From Escherichia coli 042 (GTDB taxonomy: Bacteria > Pseudomonadota > Gammaproteobacteria > Enterobacterales > Enterobacteriaceae), in NCBI RefSeq assembly GCF_000027125.1, contig NC_017626.1: 64,000 nt of DNA; one strand, 5' to 3'. Positions within the stretch are counted from its first letter, which is position 1; each line of letters opens with the position of its first letter. The notes under the pieces were generated by a model. The model saw only the letters and a list, made by a program, of their open reading frames with translations. It was not told where the DNA came from and ran no database searches. Below are positions 38,431 to 44,750 of the stretch, in pieces. Made by a program: the position numbers and the translations under genes.

Positions 38431-39252
38431 ATGCGTACAACCATTGCTGTAGTGTTGGGTGCAATTAGTTTGACGTCTGCTTTTGTGTTTGCAGATAAAC
38501 CAGACGTTGCCAAATCGGCAAACGATGAGGTCAGCACCCTGTTTTTTGGTCATGATGATCGTGTGCCAGTGAATGACACGACCCAATCACCGTGGGATGC
38601 GGTTGGCCAACTGGAAACGGCCAGCGGCAATTTATGTACGGCGACGCTGATTGCACCCAATCTGGCATTAACGGCAGGACACTGTTTATTGACGCCGCCA
38701 AAGGGTAAAGCCGATAAAGCGGTAGCGCTGCGTTTCGTGTCAAATAAAGGTCTTTGGCGCTATGAGATCCACGACATAGAAGGCCGCGTTGATCCGACAC
38801 TGGGAAAGCGGTTAAAAGCAGATGGGGATGGCTGGATTGTACCTCCCGCAGCTGCGCCCTGGGATTTCGGTTTGATTGTGCTACGTAATCCCCCTTCTGG
38901 CATTACACCGTTGCCGTTATTTGAGGGAGATAAAGCCGCGCTTACCGCCGCATTAAAAGAGGCAGGTCGTAAAGTGACTCAGGCGGGATACCCTGAAGAT
39001 CATCTCGATACGTTGTACAGTCATCAAAACTGTGAAGTGACTGGCTGGGCGCAAACGTCGGTGATGTCGCATCAGTGCGATACCTTGCCGGGTGACAGCG
39101 GTTCGCCTCTGATGTTGCATACCGATGACGGCTGGCAATTAATTGGGGTGCAAAGTTCGGCTCCTGCCGCGAAAGATCGCTGGCGCGCCGATAACCGGGC
39201 CATTTCTGTTACCGGTTTTCGCGACAGGCTGGATCAACTGTCGCAAAAATAA
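38431..39252 (+). CDS. ydgD: Secreted trypsin-like serine protease YdgD
   Basis: Signal peptide, TAGHC (His), GDSGSPL (Ser) motifs, 273 aa. Confidence 0.9.
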   Translation: MRTTIAVVLGAISLTSAFVFADKPDVAKSANDEVSTLFFGHDDRVPVNDTTQSPWDAVGQLETASGNLCTATLIAPNLALTAGHCLLTPPKGKADKAVALRFVSNKGLWRYEIHDIEGRVDPTLGKRLKADGDGWIVPPAAAPWDFGLIVLRNPPSGITPLPLFEGDKAALTAALKEAGRKVTQAGYPEDHLDTLYSHQNCEVTGWAQTSVMSHQCDTLPGDSGSPLMLHTDDGWQLIGVQSSAPAAKDRWRADNRAISVTGFRDRLDQLSQK

Positions 39253-39290
39253 TGTTCAAACGCTGCCCGACAGCGCGGGCAGCGTGTTCA

Positions 39291-39620
39291 TCAGGCAAGT
39301 TTCACCATGATCATTCCAGCCAACAGCAAGACCAGGCCAATCCAGCCTTTACGATTTAACCGTTGACCAAACAAGATCCAACCTGCGGCTAACGTGGCGG
39401 CAATACCAAACCCGCCCCACAATGCATAAGCGACAGACAAGTCGATCCCTTTAACGGCCTGAGAAAGCGCACTAAAGGCAGCCAGCACCGCCGACAGGGA
39501 GAGCAAGCCAAATATTTTGCGACGAAAGCCGTCAGAAAATTTCAAAAAGACGTTAGCAACGATTTCCAGCACGATTGCCAATGCCAGCCAGGCGGCGTGA
39601 ACCCATTCAAACTGCGCCAT
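39291..39620 (-). CDS. mdtI: SMR-family spermidine exporter subunit MdtI
   Basis: [35 protein letters not shown]..., 109 aa. Confidence 0.95.
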
Positions 39621-39972
39621 GGTTCACCTCCAGTTCAGGTTTACGCGCTTTACGGGTACCTGATTTGATCAATACAATCCCGGCCACCAGGGTGGTTAAC
39701 CCGGCAATTTTCATCAGCGATAAACTTTCGTCGAATAACAAAACGCTAAACAAGGTAATAAATAAAATACCGATACCTTCCCACAGCGCATAAGCCACGC
39801 CTAAGGCGATTTTTTTAACGGCGAAAGAGAGAAATATATACGACAGAGAAATCATCACCAGCATTAAAATAAAGCCGCCATTTCCCTCACTGACGCTCGC
39901 CCATTTCATGGACAGCGTACCGGTAATTTCTGTAGCAATAGCCAGGCCTAATAAAATCCAATAAATATACAT
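39607..39972 (-). CDS. mdtJ: SMR-family spermidine exporter subunit MdtJ
   Basis: [38 protein letters not shown]..., 121 aa, overlaps the mdtI start. Confidence 0.95.
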
Positions 39973-40383
39973 TGTCCTTCTCCTGCAAGAGAATTATTTT
40001 AATTTTCGCTTAATTCAGCGAAACCAAAGTAAAGTGGTCAAGCCCCGCGCTTAGCGCAAGCTTTGGCAGAAGAAAGGACTAAAGCGCGTTGCGCCAGTGC
40101 TGCTCACCTACGAGCAAGATAGTGGATGAGGTACGAAGATGGGTAAATGTAGAAAATAACGTCCTGAACAAATTGTCCATAATATTACAATTATCCGCAG
40201 TGTTGCTTCTCGTCATCGCGGATGATAATTGTCCTCGGTAGTTGAACACGCCTGATTTGTATCATAGCTTAAGAATTAACTCAAAATATTTTCACTTCTT
40301 TACCTGAGCGGTTTGATTTTCGTTATGATGACGGAGCGAAAAAGACATTATTATTAGCAAAGGAAGAAAAAACGGGGACAAGC

Positions 40384-40530
40384 ATGGCAAAGCCGATCAT
40401 CACGCTCAATGGCCTAAAAATCGTCATTATGTTGGGAATGCTGGTCATTATTCTCTGCGGTATCCGTTTTGCCGCCGAGATCATCGTGCCGTTTATTCTC
40501 GCATTATTTATTGCTGTTATATATAACTAA
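40384..40530 (+). pseudogene. tqsA: tqsA (AI-2 exporter, ydgG) 5' fragment: 46 native codons then 2 element-derived codons and TAA
   Basis: ATG 40384. [46 protein letters not shown] then YN-stop. The reading frame resumes at 51547. Confidence 0.9.
40512..40520 (+). repeat. attL core (TGCTGTTAT; flanking similarity ...TAAC)
   Basis: ATTGCTGTTATaTaTAAC at the left junction versus AATGCTGTTATtCtTAAC at the right junction. Confidence 0.8.
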
Positions 40531-40594
40531 TTTCACTTAACGCATTGATTTAATTAAATGATTTGCACTACAAAAAGTGCCATAAATCGCAAAA

Positions 40595-40616
40595 TGACTA
40601 CACCAGTGACTACACC
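40595..40616 (+). repeat. Tandem TGACTACACC x2 (arm-type integrase site candidate), left arm
   Basis: TGACTACACCAGTGACTACACC is identical to 51396-51417. Similarity continues for ~35 more bp (..TCGgTGCAC.., ..ACAACGTGgAACA..). Confidence 0.6.
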
Positions 40617-40934
40617 GTTCGGTGCACTGTATGAAACAACGTGGAACAAATAGACACAAGAAATATACAGGCGGGTCATCTTTCCAGGGGGAAGCGCGCT
40701 AATTCATGAGGGGCGTTAATGTTGATATGGGGATCCCCATAACGGGGCTACCGGATTTTTTTTCCGGTTAACTGTTAATCAGGCTGGTGGGCTTTACCTG
40801 TTTTGTAGGAGTGGTCATTATGACCATTCAGACAATGACCTTAATCAGAACTTTTCGCTAAAAAATGACGTTGGTCACGTCGTCCGGAAAGCACAAAATC
40901 CCGTCAATTTTTAATTAACGGTTAAACCGTCTTT

Positions 40935-40980
40935 TGTCACGGCGTGTCACTGGTTGTCACTCTCCGTCACGGTATGTCGC
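40935..40980 (+). repeat. Five TGTCAC-type hexamers at exact 10-bp phasing
   Basis: TGTCAC 40935, TGTCAC 40945, TGTCAC 40955, CGTCAC 40965, TGTCGC 40975. Lies directly 3' of the 93-aa gene. Confidence 0.7.
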
Positions 40981-40986
40981 TACTCG

Positions 40987-41268
40987 TTAACGCCGTAACC
41001 GCTCCGGCTTCTTCCAGTGGTACGTAATTTTCTCCGTTTCCCGATACAGTGCCACGCGGCGATTGTAGGCCAGCATTTCAAGAACGCGGATCCGTATGTT
41101 GCGCATATCCACATCATTAAGCTGGATACCATCACGGCGCATCACCTCAGCAACCACACGCGCGTAATTTTCGGCGGTCACGCTGTCCGGCTGCGTGGCC
41201 TGTTCGTCATGCTGCTGGCTGATTCCGGTAACGCGGCGGATTAATCCCAGTAGTTCGGCTTCTGTCAT
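40987..41268 (-). CDS. Hypothetical island protein (93 aa)
   Basis: ORF 40987..41466 trimmed to ATG 41268 behind a GGGGG RBS. The upstream part of the long ORF is just translation of the cos repeat. MTEAELLGLIRRVTGISQQHDEQATQPDSVTAENYARVVAEVMRRDGIQLNDVDMRNIRIRVLEMLAYNRRVALYRETEKITYHWKKPERLRR. Confidence 0.55.
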   Translation of the reverse strand: MTEAELLGLIRRVTGISQQHDEQATQPDSVTAENYARVVAEVMRRDGIQLNDVDMRNIRIRVLEMLAYNRRVALYRETEKITYHWKKPERLRR

Positions 41269-41301
41269 TGTGCCCCCATCGCTCTGATAGTCTGGTGTCG
41301 T

Positions 41302-41365
41302 CGGGTCCTTCCTGGAATTATGGCCCGTTACGGGGCGGCGACCTCGCGCGTTTTCACTATTTATG
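41302..41365 (+). other. Lambda-type cos site, copy 1 (cosN GGGCGGCGACCT at 41333-41344)
   Basis: CGGGTCCTTCCTGGAATTATGGCCCGTTACG|GGGCGGCGACCT|CGCGCGTTTTCACTATTTATG. This closely matches the recalled lambda right end ..GTTACG, the 12-nt cohesive end, and left-end nt 13-33. Confidence 0.8.
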
Positions 41366-41382
41366 AAAATTTTTCGGGATCC

Positions 41383-41479
41383 ATGTCCGGTTTCTCTGCA
41401 AGTTAACCATATGAAAAATATAAAAACATGCTTTCCATGAACCGGACATGCGCAAAAAACAGACACTAAAACCGGACAT
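41383..41479. promoter_or_regulatory. cosB-like array: three copies of ATGTCCGGTT (one forward, two inverted) around an AT-rich spacer
   Basis: ATGTCCGGTT 41383-41392; AACCGGACAT 41440-41449 and 41470-41479. AT-rich 41397-41430 sits between the first and second. Confidence 0.6.
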
Positions 41480-41547
41480 CGAACCAGTTAACCGAAAGTG
41501 TGCACAAATCACATGCATTGCTGCGAGTGATTAACAAGTTATCGGCT

Positions 41548-41982
41548 TTACTGTTCTGTATCGGCTGATTGCTCCATGCTGGCACGGCGAACGCTTATGG
41601 CATGACGCCACCCAGCCAGAAAGCCAGCCATTTTATTTCGTGCCTTGCTCACATCTTCCGGTGAATAGCCGTAAATCTGCAAACCTTCATCAAATCGATG
41701 TTCTGTTTCTTCACTGGAGTACTCGTCACGCTCAGATGAAAGCAGCCTGGCAAACATAATTTTTTCCAGCGCACTGGTTTCTACGTGATATCTGATGGTC
41801 TCAAGACGGCTTTTACCTGAAGACCAAAGCAATGTATGCCCGATGTGATAACCGCCAGACTTTCCGCGATCCGCATTAAGATACGGCATCCCCTGTTTGG
41901 TCCATGCGCGAATAGTGGTTCTGTTAACCTTGAAATGTTCAGCTATTTCCTGCTGACTTACAAAACAAGCTTTATCAATCAT
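41548..41982 (-). CDS. Nu1-like small-terminase-type DNA-binding protein (144 aa): N-terminal winged HTH, unrelated C-terminus
   Basis: FVSQQEIAEHFKVNRTTIRAWTKQGMPYL aligns by eye with lambda Nu1 VNKKQLADIFGASIRTIQNWQEQGMPVL. The gene starts ~70 bp from cos copy 2, as Nu1 follows cos in lambda. Confidence 0.7.
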   Translation of the reverse strand: MIDKACFVSQQEIAEHFKVNRTTIRAWTKQGMPYLNADRGKSGGYHIGHTLLWSSGKSRLETIRYHVETSALEKIMFARLLSSERDEYSSEETEHRFDEGLQIYGYSPEDVSKARNKMAGFLAGWRHAISVRRASMEQSADTEQ

Positions 41983-42050
41983 AATGTTACCTTAACTGCA
42001 TGGTTAAATATTAATCAAGTGGTGGTGGTGTCACCTTCACGGAAAAACGT

Positions 42051-42114
42051 CATAAATAGCGAAAACCCGCGAGGTCGCCGCCCCGTAACGGGCCATAATT
42101 CCAGGAAGGACCCG
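42051..42114 (-). other. Lambda-type cos site, copy 2, inverted (cosN complement AGGTCGCCGCCC at 42072-42083)
   Basis: The reverse complement is identical to copy 1 except 2 positions. Its CGCGGGTTTTCGCTATTTATGA matches the recalled lambda left end exactly. Confidence 0.8.
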
Positions 42115-42115
42115 T

Positions 42116-42138
42116 AAAAAAGCCGGATTTCTCCGGCC
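42116..42138 (-). terminator. Rho-independent terminator of the capsid operon
   Basis: Minus strand GCCGGA-GAAA-TCCGGC followed by TTTTTT. Same module at 44389-44410 and 44751-44773. Confidence 0.7.
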
Positions 42139-42143
42139 TTGTC

Positions 42144-42557
42144 TCAGATGTTTTTCAGTATGCGATCGATGTCGCCGTCATCGCCCTGGTTTCTGCCATC
42201 GTATGCCATGCCAGCTGATACGGCTTGCGGGCTGTGCATGTCCATAAAGTTTTCAAAGGCTGCGGTAAGTTCCGGCGCAACCTTCGGACGTTCCTGCTCT
42301 ATGGTCATGCTAAGGATGCTTTTAGCCGTACCAACATCGATACAAGGCACGTTTGCCATTGCACGCAACAGCGGCTGATAGTCTTTATGCTCATGAAGCG
42401 CCATAATCGCATCAGCGCGCGGCTTGTCCTGCTCTTCCAGTTTGTTTAGTTGATGTACGGCCTCATAGGTTGATAAACCTCTGTCAGCCATTGCCCGCGC
42501 TTCGACTTTAAATTTACTCGCCAGCGGTAGCGTCATGATGCTTTCATTCGTTGCCAT
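42144..42557 (-). CDS. Hypothetical island morphogenesis-operon protein (137 aa)
   Basis: Last gene of the capsid operon. MATNESIMTLPLASKFKVEARAMADRGLSTYEAVHQLNKLEEQDKPRADAIMALHEHKDY... No family recognised. Confidence 0.6.
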   Translation of the reverse strand: MATNESIMTLPLASKFKVEARAMADRGLSTYEAVHQLNKLEEQDKPRADAIMALHEHKDYQPLLRAMANVPCIDVGTAKSILSMTIEQERPKVAPELTAAFENFMDMHSPQAVSAGMAYDGRNQGDDGDIDRILKNI

Positions 42558-42569
42558 CGTTCCCCCTGC

Positions 42570-42905
42570 TTATCGGGCCAGCGGCTGAACGGATACGCCG
42601 GAACCCGCAAAGGCGGCGCATTTTTTCGCATCGGTGTCGACGCTCTCAGGCCAGTTAACGGCGGCAATATTGAATATCCCCGTCTTGTAACACTGTGCTG
42701 ATTTCTGCTTTGACGTGTCCACAGGGTACGAGGTCAGATAAACAGCCTTGCCAGATTCCTGACCATCCCACGGCTTAAACTCGCCATTGTCTGCCAGCAT
42801 CAGCGGGGTAAATTCCTGAATAACGCCAGCATCAGCGGCAAAATGTACCAACGTCGTGGATACCTGCTGACTGCCTGCAAATAACTCAATGTATGGAGTG
42901 TCCAT
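42570..42905 (-). CDS. Head decoration protein, lambda gpD family (111 aa)
   Basis: TPLMLADNGEFKPWDG..., YKTGIFNIAAVNWPE..., KKCAAFAGSGVSVQP parallel lambda gpD TPLMLDTSSRKLVAWDG, YKSGTFRYEDVLWPE, KKRTAFAGTAISIV (recalled). Confidence 0.8.
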   Translation of the reverse strand: MDTPYIELFAGSQQVSTTLVHFAADAGVIQEFTPLMLADNGEFKPWDGQESGKAVYLTSYPVDTSKQKSAQCYKTGIFNIAAVNWPESVDTDAKKCAAFAGSGVSVQPLAR

Positions 42906-42917
42906 AGAATCCCCCCG

Positions 42918-43973
42918 TTAACCAATTTTGACGGTAACAAATTTGCGAATATCTGCCGGTACCGGCTGCGGTGCACTGTGTGTCTGCACGTACTCAATCG
43001 CCGGATCGCCGTCCTCAATCCAGTTTTTCGGGTAAAACATGTTTTGTGTTGCGCCCGTTCTTACCGCTTCCTGATCCATTATCGCACCATAGGCCACCAG
43101 CCCTTTATTGTTGGTGTTACCCAGGACCAGCAAATCAGGCTCAAGGAAATATTTTTCGGTACCATCGCTGTCAGTGTATTTGCCGGAATAGACGATAAGG
43201 GCCAGATCACCAAGATAGCCTTTAAAGCTCACCACTTCGCCCAGGTTTTTACAGGCCAGTTCGGCGGCGGATTCTGAACCACGGGAAAGATCGTACAGCT
43301 CACGGAATTTTTTAAAGCTGCGTAATGTGCGCCATACCTCAGCGCCCATAATCATGACGTTTGCGGGGCAACCAGCCTGATCAGCATAAAGCTCGATGTC
43401 ATAGATTGGGTCGTGCATGTCTTTATCCTGCTCGGACCATTTTTTACCCTTGGCCTGCTCTATGATGCAGTTTTCCGGTATTTTCCAGTCGATTTCATAG
43501 CGTTCTATGCCTTCGCCCTCAATGATGTTTTTTCCGGTCGTTACCGCATTCACCGCCAGCCATTCCACGCGTGCCTTAATGGCGTTTATCTGGCGGCGCA
43601 TGTTGCCAGTAATCAGGCGCATACGGCGATAGGTAGGGTCGTTAAGCTGTGCCGGATCTTCTCCAGCCATGCGCATGATGGTTTTCGTTGGATCGATTTC
43701 GTGCTTTGGCTTCATGTAGCCAGGTTTGATTGTGCTGGTTTCGTACCCTTTATCGCGCTGAACCTGGCTACCCACCATAGGCGAACAAAACGCCGACATG
43801 GTGACTTCTTCAATGTCCAGGGTATCCAGCATGATGTTTTGCGTGCTGAATGTCGCCACGTTCGGGAAAAACAGCGTGGTAAACAGAGGGCTGAATTTAA
43901 AATCCGCAATATCCCCGCGATTCAGGTACATGAAAAGCTGGTTAGTGTTAAGTGCCGTTGCTTTGCCTGCCAT
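42918..43973 (-). CDS. Major capsid protein, lambda gpE family (351 aa)
   Basis: Blocks PGYMKPKHEIDP, DPTYRRMRLI, YSGKYTDSDG..KYFL, LVLGNTNNKGL.AYG, YPKNWIEDGDPA, SAP align with lambda gpE PGYVKPKHEVNP, DPAYRRRRII, YSGQYVENGVKKNFL, MVLGNTQARGLRTYG, YPKNWVTTGDPA, SAP (recalled). Confidence 0.9.
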   Translation of the reverse strand: MAGKATALNTNQLFMYLNRGDIADFKFSPLFTTLFFPNVATFSTQNIMLDTLDIEEVTMSAFCSPMVGSQVQRDKGYETSTIKPGYMKPKHEIDPTKTIMRMAGEDPAQLNDPTYRRMRLITGNMRRQINAIKARVEWLAVNAVTTGKNIIEGEGIERYEIDWKIPENCIIEQAKGKKWSEQDKDMHDPIYDIELYADQAGCPANVMIMGAEVWRTLRSFKKFRELYDLSRGSESAAELACKNLGEVVSFKGYLGDLALIVYSGKYTDSDGTEKYFLEPDLLVLGNTNNKGLVAYGAIMDQEAVRTGATQNMFYPKNWIEDGDPAIEYVQTHSAPQPVPADIRKFVTVKIG

Positions 43974-44179
43974 TATTCACCCCCATAATTTTTATGCATC
44001 CCAAGCGCCGCAAGTAAATAAGAGCGTACAAGTGAACCTATCGACGGCTCCGGCGTCATCAGCGGATCCAGTCCAGCCGCAACGCCAGCTTCATAGTTTT
44101 TTTTGTGGCGCTGCTTGAGCACCTCCACGATTTCGGGGCTTATGTACACCGAAACACCGCCTTTTTTCTCTTCAGCCAT
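43973..44179 (-). CDS. Hypothetical protein, first gene of the capsid operon (68 aa)
   Basis: ORF 43973..44212 trimmed to ATG 44179 (AGGAA RBS); TAATG overlap with the capsid gene. MAEEKKGGVSVYISPEIVEVLKQRHKKNYEAGVAAGLDPLMTPEPSIGSLVRSYLLAALGMHKNYGGE. Confidence 0.55.
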   Translation of the reverse strand: MAEEKKGGVSVYISPEIVEVLKQRHKKNYEAGVAAGLDPLMTPEPSIGSLVRSYLLAALGMHKNYGGE

Positions 44180-44235
44180 AGTAAGAAATTCCTCTTCGAC
44201 TAAAAAAATCATAACTGGATGTTTATCCAGTTATG

Positions 44236-44263
44236 ATTATAATCAGAATTGCATTTTATGCAA
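44236..44263 (-). promoter_or_regulatory. Sigma70-type promoter of the capsid operon (TTGCAT-16 nt-TATAAT)
   Basis: -35 at 44263..44258, -10 at 44241..44236 on the minus strand. The -35 lies inside the palindrome ATTGCAT-TTT-ATGCAAT (44248-44264). Confidence 0.5.
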
Positions 44264-44340
44264 TGATATTGAGTTATGTTGCAAATTATGAAATGATTAT
44301 CCCGATCACGAACGCCAGTGCATCCAAAAACCTCATATGC

Positions 44341-44382
44341 AAAAGCCCGATAAGAACCCTCTGACCTTATCGGGCTTTTTTT
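44341..44382. terminator. Bidirectional terminator hairpin
   Basis: AAAA-GCCCGATAAG-(11 nt)-CTTATCGGGC-TTTTTTT. Confidence 0.6.
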
Positions 44383-44388
44383 GGGCGC

Positions 44389-44410
44389 AAAAAAGCCGGA
44401 TTGCTCCGGC
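44389..44410 (-). terminator. Rho-independent terminator (copy of the GCCGGA..TCCGGC module) after the 74-aa gene
   Basis: Minus strand GCCGGAGCAATCCGGC + TTTTTT. Confidence 0.65.
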
Positions 44411-44430
44411 TATGTGTGCTGTGTGCTGGC

Positions 44431-44655
44431 TCAGTCTCTGATCTCTTTCAGAAATTCTATCAATGCATCTATCTGTTCAGGATTTACCGCCAGCATTTCA
44501 CCGGATAGAGCACATCTCACAAAACCATGCTGATCCTTTTCAATCAGTGCGCCCGTCTCCAGGAATGCGCGGTAATCATTGATGCTCATCGTCTCCATGT
44601 TGTCAGCATGGTATTTATCACGCTGTTTTAATATCTCATCAAATTTCATCGGCAT
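44431..44655 (-). CDS. Hypothetical island protein (74 aa), stand-alone cassette between two terminators
   Basis: GAGGA RBS. MPMKFDEILKQRDKYHADNMETMSINDYRAFLETGALIEKDQHGFVRCALSGEMLAVNPEQIDALIEFLKEIRD. Confidence 0.55.
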   Translation of the reverse strand: MPMKFDEILKQRDKYHADNMETMSINDYRAFLETGALIEKDQHGFVRCALSGEMLAVNPEQIDALIEFLKEIRD

Positions 44656-44750
44656 TGTTTTTTTCCTCTGTTGTGTCTGTTTGTTTCAGATAGTAACTAT
44701 GCCTGACCGTGACGAAAACCCGGTAATGCGCCATACCGTTTCAACTGGTG

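Noticed and set aside
19368-40383. Scan of the conserved backbone (rspB to mdtJ) for inserted or novel genes
   Set aside because: Every ORF of credible size corresponds to a recognised E. coli gene in the expected order with normal spacing. Nothing unexplained was seen beyond small-protein genes such as ydgU.
40987-42117. Shared peptide INSENARGRRPVTGHNSRKDP in ORFs 40987..41466 (-) and 41836..42117 (+), which looked like a duplicated protein domain
   Set aside because: It is simply the translation of the two inverted cos copies. The real gene on the left starts at 41268, and the right-hand ORF is antisense to the Nu1-like gene.
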